This document shows positions 31,318 through 41,156 of a stretch of 64,000 nucleotides of DNA, piece after piece. Numbering within the stretch: position 1 is the stretch's first letter; each line of letters begins with the position of its first letter. The stretch is from Bacteroidota bacterium (GTDB lineage: Bacteria; Bacteroidota; Ignavibacteria; UBA10030; CAVZMI01), in NCBI GenBank assembly GCA_050011775.1, contig JBEKIL010000012.1:9941-73940 (forward strand). Direction: 5' to 3'. The position numbers were made by a program, and so were the translations under genes. The notes under the pieces are model-generated. The model searched no databases. It worked only from the letters and a program-made list of their open reading frames with translations, and was not told the origin of the DNA.

Positions 31318-32541
31318 ATGCAAATTTCTTCATTCATAGCGCGGAGATATCTCGGCTCAAAAAAGCACGCAGGGTTTATTACGGTCATTACATCGATTTC
31401 GATCATTGGAATTACCGTCGGCGTTGCCGCACTTATCATCGTGCTTTCAGTGTTTAATGGATTTAACGGATTAGTATCGTCGATTCTCATCGGTTTCGAT
31501 CCCCACCTTCGTATCGAGTCACGACAAGGAGGGGTTTTTAAGTTAGCCTCTCAGATAACGACATATCTCTCGGATAATCCGGAAATAAAGGGTGCCTCAC
31601 CGTTTGTGTATGGGAAGGCAATGATCGTATCACGAGATCACAACCATGTGATATTCCTGAAAGGCATTGTCCCATCTTTATTCGGATCTGTTTCAGGTGT
31701 CAAAGAAAGAATTGTTCTGGGAAAATATGGATTTGGTGAGAATGAAGATAATGGTATTATCATTGGAATGGCACTTGCCGATCGGTTGAATGCGATGGTG
31801 GGAGATACGATTGCAGTTGTCAGTCCGGGCGGTATCCAGGCAACCCTCACACAAATGGTACAACCAGACGTCAGGAAGTATGTAGTCTCCGGAATATTCG
31901 AATCAAATAATAAAGACTATGACGGCTTATACGGATTTATCTCACTTAAAGCAGCACAACAGCTCTTCGATATGGGAAATGATATTCACGGGATTGAAGT
32001 CAGATTGAACATATTCGAGAATACCGAAATTATGAAGCGTAGAATCGAGGGACAATTTCCACAGACTTCGGTCAGCACATGGTACGATCTGCATAAAGAT
32101 CTCTATACAATGATGAATGTCGAGCGTTGGGCTGCATATATCATACTTTGTTTAATCATCGCAGTCGCTACGTTTAACCTGCTGGGTTCGTTAACGATGT
32201 CTGTTATAGAAAAAACCCGCGATATAGGAATTCTCAGGAGTATGGGTGCGAGTCATCGAAACATTGCGGCGATATTTCTCTTCGAGGGAGCATATGTTGG
32301 TATTATCGGAACTCTCGCAGGGAGTGGTATAGGATACATTATGTGTATTCTTCAACAGAAGTATCACCTCTTTCCACTGGACCCGACAGTCTATATCATT
32401 CCAGCGATACCCGTTGAAGTTCATATTGCTGATTTTATTCTTGTCGGGTTGACGGCAATATTGCTCTCAACTATTGCAGCATGGTATCCGGCACGTCGTG
32501 CAGCGGTACTTCTGCCGGCAGAAGCTGTACAATGGGAATAA
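31318..32541 (+). CDS. ABC transporter permease, LolC/LolE family (paralog)
   Basis: FIARRYLGSKK N-terminus; same architecture; 407 aa. Confidence 0.8.
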   Translation: MQISSFIARRYLGSKKHAGFITVITSISIIGITVGVAALIIVLSVFNGFNGLVSSILIGFDPHLRIESRQGGVFKLASQITTYLSDNPEIKGASPFVYGKAMIVSRDHNHVIFLKGIVPSLFGSVSGVKERIVLGKYGFGENEDNGIIIGMALADRLNAMVGDTIAVVSPGGIQATLTQMVQPDVRKYVVSGIFESNNKDYDGLYGFISLKAAQQLFDMGNDIHGIEVRLNIFENTEIMKRRIEGQFPQTSVSTWYDLHKDLYTMMNVERWAAYIILCLIIAVATFNLLGSLTMSVIEKTRDIGILRSMGASHRNIAAIFLFEGAYVGIIGTLAGSGIGYIMCILQQKYHLFPLDPTVYIIPAIPVEVHIADFILVGLTAILLSTIAAWYPARRAAVLLPAEAVQWE

Positions 32542-32545
32542 TCTT

Positions 32546-33235
32546 ATGACGATCTTACGCGCAGAAAATATCCACAAGGTGTACAGGACGGGAGGGAATG
32601 AACATGGTGTTTATGTCCTGAAAGGAATTTCTCTCAGTATTCTGAAAGGAGAGATGATTGCAATTATCGGACCTTCGGGTGCGGGGAAAAGTACTCTTCT
32701 GCATATCCTTGGTGGATTGGATAGACCGACGGAAGGAAGTGTAACATATGGAGGAGTCAATATTGCCACGATGACTGATACAGCGCTGGCAGAATTTCGT
32801 AATAAAAAAGTCGGTTTTGTTTTTCAATTTCACCACCTTCTTCCTGAATTCACAGCAGCAGAAAACGTCGCGATGCCTGCATTCATCCATGGTGAACGGT
32901 TGACAAAAGCGCTTCAACGAGCGCGCGAGCTTCTGGATGAAGTGGGACTTGCGCACAGGAGTGATCATCATCCATCTGAACTTTCAGGCGGAGAACAACA
33001 ACGAGTTGCAGTAGCCCGATCGCTGATCAATCAGCCGTCAATAATTCTTGCAGACGAACCATCGGGAAATCTCGACTCAAAAAATGCTGCTCAACTGCAC
33101 ACGTTGCTTCATGATCTGAATACCCAACATGGCATCACGCTTGTGATAGTCACCCATAATGCTGAATTAGCGGCAAAAGCCAACAAAATCATCAAACTGA
33201 TAGATGGTCTTATAGATTGGGGAAATTCGCAATAA
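32546..33235 (+). CDS. lolD: ABC transporter ATP-binding protein, LolD/MacB-ATPase-like
   Basis: Walker A GPSGAGKST, signature LSGGEQQR, Walker B ILADEP; start chosen at the ATG after the upstream stop. Confidence 0.85.
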   Translation: MTILRAENIHKVYRTGGNEHGVYVLKGISLSILKGEMIAIIGPSGAGKSTLLHILGGLDRPTEGSVTYGGVNIATMTDTALAEFRNKKVGFVFQFHHLLPEFTAAENVAMPAFIHGERLTKALQRARELLDEVGLAHRSDHHPSELSGGEQQRVAVARSLINQPSIILADEPSGNLDSKNAAQLHTLLHDLNTQHGITLVIVTHNAELAAKANKIIKLIDGLIDWGNSQ

Positions 33236-33278
33236 TTTTTCTTCTGTCATATTTATTAATATTTTTTTATTTTTTTCC

Positions 33279-33307
33279 TTGACAAAAGGAATCTTTTTTC
33301 TTAAAAT
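33279..33307 (+). promoter_or_regulatory. near-consensus sigma70-type promoter: TTGACA - 17 nt - TAAAAT with an AT-rich UP region
   Basis: hexamers and spacing read directly from the sequence. Confidence 0.5.
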
Positions 33308-33359
33308 AGCTGTGACCTTGCAACAGCTTCTCCCCTGACTGTTGCAGAAAAAAGGGTCG

Positions 33360-33397
33360 AGCCCGGCGTTCCCCCCAACCGCTGGGCTTTTTTTTGT
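33360..33397 (+). terminator. intrinsic terminator (AGCCCGGCG / CGCTGGGCT stem with one G-U, then T8) directly in front of the RBS of the next small gene
   Basis: stem-loop plus TTTTTTTT read directly from the sequence. Confidence 0.6.
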
Positions 33398-33413
33398 AAG
33401 AAGAAGGAGAAGC

Positions 33414-33692
33414 ATGACAATGGAAATCAAACAACGATCGAAATTTCAAAAGAAAAAAAGCCGTAAAGAACTTCCCTTAGCCTTTACAAAAACGAACTAT
33501 TTACTACTTGTGGCGGGTGTTCTGCTTCTACTAATTGGAAACATCGCGCTGGCTCAGATGCCGGTATTTTCTGCGATACCGCTTGTTGTAGCGCCAATTT
33601 TGCTGGTAATCGGGTACTGTATCATTATCCCGATAGCCATTTTTTACAGAAAAAAGGAAATTCCTGCGCAGCAAGAACCACCCCAACCTTAA
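33414..33692 (+). CDS. small membrane protein (two TM helices), unknown function
   Basis: ATG at 33414 with AAGGAGAAG RBS; lysine-rich N-terminus then two hydrophobic helices; 92 aa. Confidence 0.4.
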   Translation: MTMEIKQRSKFQKKKSRKELPLAFTKTNYLLLVAGVLLLLIGNIALAQMPVFSAIPLVVAPILLVIGYCIIIPIAIFYRKKEIPAQQEPPQP

Positions 33693-33865
33693 ATGGCAAT
33701 AAAAAGCACTTGCAAATAGTGGTAATTTTTAGTAATTTCACTGTGTAATTGATCGTGGAATCACCCGATGATGACTATTCCTGGCCCGGTTTGATTAAAA
33801 TTTTTGTTTTGCAGGGCCGGGTGCTGAGCCGGTGAAGAGATATCCACAGAATAATAGCGAATATA

Positions 33866-33938
33866 TGATCGCGTAGCTCAGCAGGTAGAGCATCTGCCTT
33901 TTAAGCAGAGGGTCGATGGTTCGAGTCCATCCGCGATC
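33866..33938 (+). tRNA. tRNA-Lys (anticodon TTT)
   Basis: hand-folded cloverleaf: GATCGCG acceptor, anticodon loop CTTTTAA, T-arm GATGG-TTCGAGT-CCATC. Confidence 0.8.
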
Positions 33939-33944
33939 ACTTTT

Positions 33945-34028
33945 TGCGGAAGTGGTGGAACTGGCAGACACACCATCTTGAGGGGGTGGCGCCCAAAAGG
34001 CGTGCGGGTTCAAGTCCCGCCTTCCGCA
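33945..34028 (+). tRNA. tRNA-Leu (type II, long variable arm; anticodon probably GAG)
   Basis: acceptor GCGGAAG/CTTCCGC, anticodon stem CCATC/GGTGG with loop TTGAGGG, variable hairpin CGCC-CAAAA-GGCG, T-arm GCGGG-TTCAAGT-CCCGC. Confidence 0.7.
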
Positions 34029-34155
34029 CACACAAATTCCGCTTCTTTTCGGGATTTTTTGTGCCAAAAGCGGCTGATCCTTCATGAGTTCATGAAAGAC
34101 TTGACTTTCTCATTCTCGAAGTGTATATTTTCAATTACGAAGGATTATAATCTCC

Positions 34156-34578
34156 ATGAAACGAACTTCTCTCCTCATTTTGGTATTTTTTGTCGGTGCT
34201 ATTTCTATTGTGATGGCCGGAGTTATTATCCAGAACATGAAATTGGATACGGAAAACGGCTTCATCACACTTGAATGGACTACATCCCAGGAAGATAACC
34301 TTTCTGCTTTCGATATCGAACGATCCATTGCAAATTACCAGCAGTATAACTCGATTCTTCAGAATAAAATTTCTCCACAGGGCCCCGGAACAACTTATCG
34401 ATATCAGGATCAATCGGCACAGAAAACAAGTACGGCAAGATATCAATATCGATTGGTGATTATTGGAAAAGACGGAAGTCAGGGAGTACAGTACTTTGCA
34501 GGCTCGGCATCGCCCGGGAATAGCTCTCTCTCCAGTGTCAAACGAACATGGGGAAGTATCAAAGCTATGTTCCGATGA
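34156..34578 (+). CDS. hypothetical small secreted protein
   Basis: signal-peptide-like N-terminus; 140 aa; followed by a clean terminator. Confidence 0.4.
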   Translation: MKRTSLLILVFFVGAISIVMAGVIIQNMKLDTENGFITLEWTTSQEDNLSAFDIERSIANYQQYNSILQNKISPQGPGTTYRYQDQSAQKTSTARYQYRLVIIGKDGSQGVQYFAGSASPGNSSLSSVKRTWGSIKAMFR

Positions 34579-34611
34579 AACGAGGTTAAATTTATTTTTA
34601 TCGATAAAAGG

Positions 34612-34638
34612 AGCGACACTTTAAATGTCGCTTTTTTA
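34612..34638 (+). terminator. intrinsic terminator (AGCGACA-loop-TGTCGCT then T6)
   Basis: perfect 7-bp stem plus T-run. Confidence 0.7.
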
Positions 34639-34652
34639 TTATCCATCATGTT

Positions 34653-35234
34653 ATGAATATCCCAAAACGATTAGTTCTTGCATCACAATCTCCGCGACGG
34701 GCTTCTCTCCTTCGTCAGATCGGACTCACATTTGATATCATCCCCAGTCATATCTCCGAGGATCATGTCAATGATCGTCGACCGCATGAAATTGTCCTTA
34801 CGCTATCACGGGCGAAAGCGTACGAAATAGCCCAGAGTGTTCAGAATGCAATCATTATCGGTGCTGATACCGTTGTTGTACTGGACGGAAAAATTCTTGG
34901 AAAACCCATAACTCCCACTGAAGCCATCACGATGTTACATAGCTTGAGCGGCCGGGAACATGAAGTCTACACAGGATTCACGCTCCTTGATACTCCGAGC
35001 ATGCAGGAAGTCAGCTCCTATGAAAAAACACTCGTTCGATTCCGGCACCTTCACGATGAGGAGATTGCTTCTTATGTCGCTTCGGGTTCACCTATGGACA
35101 AAGCCGGGGCATATGGTATTCAGGATGATTACGGAGCTGTATTTGTTGAATCAATCACGGGATGTTTTTACAACGTCGTAGGATTTCCATTGACAAAATT
35201 CTTTGTGACGCTTCAAGAATTTTTATCAACGTAA
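34653..35234 (+). CDS. maf: Maf-like nucleoside triphosphate pyrophosphatase (septum formation protein)
   Basis: LASQSPRR N-terminus and GADTVV motif; 193 aa. Confidence 0.85.
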   Translation: MNIPKRLVLASQSPRRASLLRQIGLTFDIIPSHISEDHVNDRRPHEIVLTLSRAKAYEIAQSVQNAIIIGADTVVVLDGKILGKPITPTEAITMLHSLSGREHEVYTGFTLLDTPSMQEVSSYEKTLVRFRHLHDEEIASYVASGSPMDKAGAYGIQDDYGAVFVESITGCFYNVVGFPLTKFFVTLQEFLST

Positions 35235-35244
35235 GCACTTTCTC

Positions 35245-37590
35245 TTATTCTTCCGCAAGCCAGATCTGCGGATCAGGACTCTCACGCTCATCAAGTGCGC
35301 TTGTAACATCCCGCGTCATTACTACAATCGTGTCGGGTGAAAATCCGAATAGATCCTCCGCAGTAAAGATCGCCTGGTAATCAGCTGGTGTGAAAAAGAC
35401 CTCAAACTTTTCCGAAAGCTCATCAAGACGTTTCAGATAGTATGCCACATTTTCGTCCGGACTGCTTGGAATCCATTCTTCGGCAAGCTTGCACTGTTCA
35501 AAACCACGCGGATCGGGGTCGGTACCAATAATGTAATATGAGATCCGATCTCCCTTCCGATATTTTCCTTCGGCTGCGAGTGCAAGTTCATACGCCGCAT
35601 GACGATTACGTTTTCCGGTTTCTATATTGCTTTTGTATTCTTCAAGAGAATCTTTGAGCTGTTCCGTTCGGGCGAAATCGTGAATATCCAACCTATGCTC
35701 AATGATATCGTGCCTGAGTGTAGTATAAAGCTTATGCAGCGCCCCGATTTTATTTTGAAGAAGACAGTCAATTGCCTGACTCACATAGTTGCGTGCAAAA
35801 CGTTCCATGCCGCGTGAAATGAGCGACGAACCGCTAATATCCACTTTATTATCATACCGTAAAAGGGCATAATTTTTCTTTTTATAGCTGAGCATTTTCT
35901 TATAACGTCCTTCAAATAAAAGGTTAATACCTTCTGGGAGCGCTTCAGAAATTTCAGCTACAAAAACACGTTCGGATTCTTCTCCCTTCATGCCATATGG
36001 AGGTACAAAATAAATGCCATCGGTGTCAACTTCTATGACACGTCCGGCTTTTGTACGGATTGCAGCTATCGCAGAGCGAAGAATTTCCCGACCCGTTGTT
36101 GTTACTTTATCGGCCTGGGCAAAATCGTTAAATAATCCTCTGCTGTATCCCAAATATCCGTAGAATGAATTAATGAGAATTTTCAGCGATGATTGCATTG
36201 CATCGAGCATTGATCGGTGCTGAGGATCATCGCATTCCTTCATCAAACGTTTTACTTCCAAACGTCGAGCGGTGAGCTCACTGAGTATCCTGGAGAATAC
36301 GCCCAAAGCATCGGATGAAGGCGCAATGTTCATTGTCGTCATGATCGAAGGATACAATGATTCCACATCGGCATAAACTATAGGTCCTACAACGCCGGTC
36401 ACCAGGATATCCGTATATCCTCCTGTCGTCTGTGAACCTTCTCGGCGGAGTGGAATTGAATGTCGTTGACGAAGGTATTCACGGAGCAATAGCATTTCGA
36501 TTTTTGCCGCTGATCCGAGTCGTGAAACCAGACCATAATTTGCCGGCAGCATTTGTGTAAGATAGAATGTCGTCTGTGAAAGATGTTCACTTAATTTGCG
36601 GGTTTCACGGATATCGTCTTGGGCATATTTCATGACGATTTCAGGATCGTGATCCCAATACCAAGAAATGCGGTTCCCACGAAGATAGATGCGATCTGAT
36701 GAAGCGAAGCCAAAGAATTGTGCGGCATATTTCAGACTGTAGCTTTCCATTACTCTTTTTGATGCATCGTACGACTGGATAAGATGCATGGTATCGATAA
36801 TATGCCTGCCGTGAATTTCATAGCCCGACGGCTCGCTTTCGCGTTCAGTGTGGGTTCTGCGGGGAGAGAACGAACGGGGCGCGCTTTCGTCGCGCCCGAT
36901 TCCGAATTCAATATGATGCAGATCGCATCGCCGGAGAATATAGGTGAGATCAAAGCCAAATATGTTATGTCCTTCGATGATATCGGGATCTCGATCCCGG
37001 ATGATCGTGATCAGCTCGTTCAGCATTTTCTCTTCGGAAAGCTGTTGTCCGTTTATCAGATATTCCCATCCCGTAGAATCTGCTAATGCAATAAGGATAA
37101 TACGGTCTTCCTCACGAGCGGCATTGCTGAATCCTGCCAGAGAATATGTTTCGATATCGATTTGCATTCGTCGAAGATCTGTAAATTCCATCCCTTTGAA
37201 GAGAGTTCGTCCGCTTTGCATAAGAAATTGTGTCGTGGGATCGGCAATGAAATGAATGAGGTCGGTATCGGTATAGGTTTTCAATGGGGCTTGTAGCTCC
37301 CGTGCGGCATTCCGGAGTACACAACGCATGGCTTCCCAGGTATCCGACCATTTCATGCAGGCGACGAGGTGCCTGTAATAATTCGAGCCGGAGAGTTCCT
37401 TCAACCAATGCTTTGCCTCGAATCCATCAATGTAATGTCCGTCGGCAAGATAGAAGAAAGGATAGAAATCGACTGTTTCACACCTCACCTGATCGGCCTG
37501 GCGATAATAGACGTTCATCTTTGAATCGCCTGCCGGATGGACAGCAACGATTCTTTCATCAGTGTTATGTCCATAGAGGAGTGGATCCAT
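35245..37590 (-). CDS. polB: family B DNA polymerase (Pol II-like) with 3'-5' exonuclease domain
   Basis: Exo I DIETYS; pol motif A DVESLYPSI; motif B KILINSFYGYLG; motif C VDTDGIY; KKKNYA (KxY); 781 aa. Confidence 0.85.
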   Translation of the reverse strand: MDPLLYGHNTDERIVAVHPAGDSKMNVYYRQADQVRCETVDFYPFFYLADGHYIDGFEAKHWLKELSGSNYYRHLVACMKWSDTWEAMRCVLRNAARELQAPLKTYTDTDLIHFIADPTTQFLMQSGRTLFKGMEFTDLRRMQIDIETYSLAGFSNAAREEDRIILIALADSTGWEYLINGQQLSEEKMLNELITIIRDRDPDIIEGHNIFGFDLTYILRRCDLHHIEFGIGRDESAPRSFSPRRTHTERESEPSGYEIHGRHIIDTMHLIQSYDASKRVMESYSLKYAAQFFGFASSDRIYLRGNRISWYWDHDPEIVMKYAQDDIRETRKLSEHLSQTTFYLTQMLPANYGLVSRLGSAAKIEMLLLREYLRQRHSIPLRREGSQTTGGYTDILVTGVVGPIVYADVESLYPSIMTTMNIAPSSDALGVFSRILSELTARRLEVKRLMKECDDPQHRSMLDAMQSSLKILINSFYGYLGYSRGLFNDFAQADKVTTTGREILRSAIAAIRTKAGRVIEVDTDGIYFVPPYGMKGEESERVFVAEISEALPEGINLLFEGRYKKMLSYKKKNYALLRYDNKVDISGSSLISRGMERFARNYVSQAIDCLLQNKIGALHKLYTTLRHDIIEHRLDIHDFARTEQLKDSLEEYKSNIETGKRNRHAAYELALAAEGKYRKGDRISYYIIGTDPDPRGFEQCKLAEEWIPSSPDENVAYYLKRLDELSEKFEVFFTPADYQAIFTAEDLFGFSPDTIVVMTRDVTSALDERESPDPQIWLAEE

Positions 37591-37663
37591 ACGTCACGGT
37601 CGTCAAGTTGACGATAAGAGCTATATACAACACGCCCCGGGAGAATCACCGGGGCGTTTAACG

Positions 37664-38431
37664 TTATTTCTTATTGTCCTTTTCTTTAGCTATAAACGGG
37701 GTCAATAAATCGATCGGGATAGGGAAAATGGTCGTCGAATTATTTTCAGATGCCACCTCAACGAGCGTCTGCAGATATCGCAATTGAATCGCCGTCGGGT
37801 ATTCACCAATGACCTTAGCAGCCTGAGAGAGTTTTTCAGAGGCCTGCAATTCTCCTTCGGCGTTAATAACCTTTGCGCGTCGTTCACGCTCGGCTTCGGC
37901 CTGACGGGCCATCGCACGCTGCATCTCCTGCGGAAGATCGATATGCTTCAATTCGACATTCGAGACCTTGATGCCCCACGGTTCCGTTGACCGGTCGATG
38001 ATAACCTGTAATTCCCGATTGATCTTCTCACGCTCTGAAAGAAGATCGTCGAGCTGCATTTGACCGAGGATACTCCGTAGTGTCGTCTGAGAAATCTGTG
38101 ATGTCGCAAAAAGGAAATTTTCTACTTCTACGATTGCCTTGACAGGATCAATCACTCGGAAATAGACCACTGCACTTACTTTCAACGTGACATTATCCCG
38201 CGTGATGACGTCCTGGGGTGGAACATCCATGACTACCGTGCGGAGGCTGACCTTAACCATCCGATCAATTCCCGGCCAGAGTAAAATTAAGCCGGGGCCT
38301 TTTGCAGCAATGAGACGACCGAGTCGAAAAATAACTGCCCGTTCGTACTCTCGTAATATTTTGATCGCATTGGCGATAATGATCAGAACGAAAAAGGCAA
38401 CAACGAACATTCCGAATACTGTACCTTCCAT
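37664..38431 (-). CDS. SPFH/band-7 (stomatin/prohibitin-like) membrane protein
   Basis: N-terminal TM then SPFH domain; paired with the upstream NfeD gene as in canonical NfeD-SPFH operons. Confidence 0.85.
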   Translation of the reverse strand: MEGTVFGMFVVAFFVLIIIANAIKILREYERAVIFRLGRLIAAKGPGLILLWPGIDRMVKVSLRTVVMDVPPQDVITRDNVTLKVSAVVYFRVIDPVKAIVEVENFLFATSQISQTTLRSILGQMQLDDLLSEREKINRELQVIIDRSTEPWGIKVSNVELKHIDLPQEMQRAMARQAEAERERRAKVINAEGELQASEKLSQAAKVIGEYPTAIQLRYLQTLVEVASENNSTTIFPIPIDLLTPFIAKEKDNKK

Positions 38432-38452
38432 GAATAACTCCTTTCAGAAAGA

Positions 38453-39793
38453 TTAGTGTTGCTGTGGAACAACCGTTAATACAAGATCTTTTACGACCGT
38501 GACCTTTACTTGAGCCCCTTCACCAATAGGCGGAGAATCAGTTCGAGCAAACCAGAGTTCACCATGAATTTGTATCCTGCCGTCAGGGTCGAGGCGTGTC
38601 ATGACTGTACCGATTTCGCCGATAAGGCCCTCTGCTCCCGTTGTCGGTTTACGAAGTTGAGCTCTCAAGCCCAAACCAATGATAAACAGGAAAAAGAGAA
38701 CTGTAAAGATGATAGTCGGAATAAGAACTTGCCATGAGATCGAAAGAAACTCCATACCAGGCTCCGTTTCAATAAGCATTAGCGATCCAAGAATAAGCGA
38801 TATTATTCCTCCAATTGCCAGAAGGCCGTGGCTTACAATTTTAATTTCAGCTATAAATAGAATGATGGAAAACACTATAAGTCCGAGTCCGGCGTAATTT
38901 ACAGGTAATGTATGAAGTGAATAAAAGGCCAAGATCAGACTAATCACACCTACGATTCCTGGAAAGATCGATCCGGGGTTGTAGAGTTCAAATAAGAGTC
39001 CGTAGAATCCCAGCATCAAAAATATGTATGCAAAGTTTGGATTCGAGAGGAGATCCAGAAATTTCTGCCTCCAATTCATCTCATGTATAATTTCGACTGC
39101 TCCTGCTGTTTGGAGAACATGTTCATGGCCGTTCACATCGATCTTACGGCCGTTGATCGAGTCCAGCAATGATTTTCGATCGCGGGCTATCAGGTCGATG
39201 ATGTTTTTCTGAAATGCCTCGGTTTCTGTAATTGACAGACTTTTTCGAACAGCATCCTCGGCCCAGGCGATATTACGATGCCGTTTTTCAGCGATAGTGC
39301 GTATAAACGCAGCAGCGTCGTTTGTAACTTTTCCCATCATAATTGAATCCGGTTGTTCTCCTTGACCACCGACCGGATGGGCGGCACCAATATTTGTTCC
39401 CGGAGCCATGACAGCAACATGTGCTGCAAGTGTGACAAAAACACCGGCGGAAGCAGCCTGAGAACCGCTTGGCGCGACATATACAATAATCGGAATCGAA
39501 GAAGTGAGAATATCTGTAACAATTACGCGGGTTGATTTCAACAACCCACCGGGTGTATTCAGTTGGATCAGAATTGCTTCTGCGCCGGATTTTGAAGCAT
39601 TTTCGATTGCTGAGTGAATATAGTCGGCCGCGGCAGGATTGATCGCTCCGTCGATTCGTAGGATATAGACAATCGGTTTTTCAGCAAACAGTGAAGAATG
39701 AAGTCCAAACAAGAGCATCCAAATAAATATAAGAAATCTGAATGACATGATATGTCTATGATACGGTGATAATCTCATGATATTCCAGACCAT
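38453..39793 (-). CDS. NfeD-family membrane-bound ClpP-class serine protease
   Basis: periplasmic ClpP-like domain, multi-TM region, C-terminal OB (NfeD) domain; 446 aa. Confidence 0.8.
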   Translation of the reverse strand: MVWNIMRLSPYHRHIMSFRFLIFIWMLLFGLHSSLFAEKPIVYILRIDGAINPAAADYIHSAIENASKSGAEAILIQLNTPGGLLKSTRVIVTDILTSSIPIIVYVAPSGSQAASAGVFVTLAAHVAVMAPGTNIGAAHPVGGQGEQPDSIMMGKVTNDAAAFIRTIAEKRHRNIAWAEDAVRKSLSITETEAFQKNIIDLIARDRKSLLDSINGRKIDVNGHEHVLQTAGAVEIIHEMNWRQKFLDLLSNPNFAYIFLMLGFYGLLFELYNPGSIFPGIVGVISLILAFYSLHTLPVNYAGLGLIVFSIILFIAEIKIVSHGLLAIGGIISLILGSLMLIETEPGMEFLSISWQVLIPTIIFTVLFFLFIIGLGLRAQLRKPTTGAEGLIGEIGTVMTRLDPDGRIQIHGELWFARTDSPPIGEGAQVKVTVVKDLVLTVVPQQH

Positions 39794-39964
39794 CTATTAC
39801 CTTCGTTTTTAAAAAGATCAGTAAGAAAAGGAACAATGAAAATCTTTTTCATAGCGGAGAGAGTGGGATTCTCCGCCGCATTGGATTGAGCGATGGAGGC
39901 GGATCAGCCTCACCGATTTATAATGCGTGGCTGAGAACCCACGGTTAATATTCATCCGCTATCG

Positions 39965-40052
39965 CGGAAGGGGTGGGATTTGAACCCACGTGACGCTTGT
40001 GACGCCAACTCGCTTTCCAGGCGAGCCGATTCGACCGCTCTCGCACCCTTCC
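39965..40052 (-). tRNA. tRNA-Ser (anticodon GGA), type II
   Basis: reverse complement folds: acceptor GGAAGGG/CCCTTCC, anticodon stem CTCGC/GCGAG with loop CTGGAAA, long variable arm, T-arm GTGGG-TTCAAAT-CCCAC. Confidence 0.8.
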
Positions 40053-40479
40053 AATTTTTCTCGAAATATCCACTCAATTTATTAACTCACACGCTCTCCA
40101 GGCGTGCCATCCCGTCCCGATGTCAACGGGACGGGACACTCCTGCATCTCTCCGTTTAATACTCGCTATCTTTTCTTTAAGATTTTATCAAGCCAGAAGC
40201 GACCCGCACCACTCTTCAAGTACCTTTCTCTTTTACGTGCTTCAGATATCGTTGTAAATTCTTCCTGATGTATTAAAACCCAGGGGATTCCGCGACTAGT
40301 GAATGGTGTTTTTCCATGATTATGTTGATAGAGCCGTTGAGAAATTTCATTAATCCTTTGAAAAAGCTGTTTTTCAGTGAATAATTTTTATAAATATACT
40401 AACTCTCATCAGGAAAAGCAATTCCTTGCTTTTTCTTGCACTTTTTCGTAGTATCATTTCGATAATACAATAATAGTTT

Positions 40480-40854
40480 ATGCCCAAGCGCAAAGTACTG
40501 ATCATCGACGATATACCACAGATTGTCCAACTACTAAAATTTTATGTTCAAAAAGCTGGATATGATGCTGTTGTTGCTACAAATGGGTGGGAGGGGCTCC
40601 AGCAGGTTACAACCGAACAACCGGATGTAGTACTGGTCGATGCAATGATGCCTGAAATGGATGGATTTGAATTTATCGAACGTTTCCGGAAGCTCTCTGG
40701 GCCCAATACTGCCAAAATAATAATGGTAACTACATTGAGTGGCGACGAGTTTCGGTCGCGCGCAATAAATGTTGGAGCGGATGATTTTATCACAAAACCT
40801 GTTACAGAAGAAATGATTCGCAATAAAATTGAATCGCTGCTTGGACCATCGTGA
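40480..40854 (+). CDS. single-domain response regulator (CheY-like receiver)
   Basis: DD...D phospho-acceptor pattern (IIDD, VLVDAMMP) and K at the expected position; 124 aa. Confidence 0.8.
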   Translation: MPKRKVLIIDDIPQIVQLLKFYVQKAGYDAVVATNGWEGLQQVTTEQPDVVLVDAMMPEMDGFEFIERFRKLSGPNTAKIIMVTTLSGDEFRSRAINVGADDFITKPVTEEMIRNKIESLLGPS

Positions 40855-40860
40855 TTTACT

Positions 40861-41148
40861 ATGACTGATACCGTCAATGAAGATGAGTTTCTTCGACAGC
40901 TCACTAAGGATTTTCTTCGTGATATGTTGAATCAATTAAATTCTCTCGATTCAAAAATAAAAGGCCGTGAGGCCAATAATATTACAGTTTTTGGCCATAC
41001 CCTTAAAGGAAGCGGCGCAATGTTCGGTTTTCCAGAAATATCAAAACTTGGCATACAATTAGAAGAAGAGGCAAGGGCCGAATACTGGGAAGGAGTACGG
41101 GATACAACAAATAAACTCATTAAAGTTATTGAGAATCTTCTCCGATAA
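40861..41148 (+). CDS. Hpt (histidine phosphotransfer) domain protein
   Basis: HTLKGSGAMFG motif (phosphorylatable His followed by KG); 95 aa. Confidence 0.65.
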   Translation: MTDTVNEDEFLRQLTKDFLRDMLNQLNSLDSKIKGREANNITVFGHTLKGSGAMFGFPEISKLGIQLEEEARAEYWEGVRDTTNKLIKVIENLLR

Positions 41149-41156
41149 TATATTAT

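Noticed and set aside
33795-34085. 96-aa minus-strand ORF spanning tRNA-Lys and tRNA-Leu
   Set aside because: Overlaps two confidently folded tRNAs; spurious.
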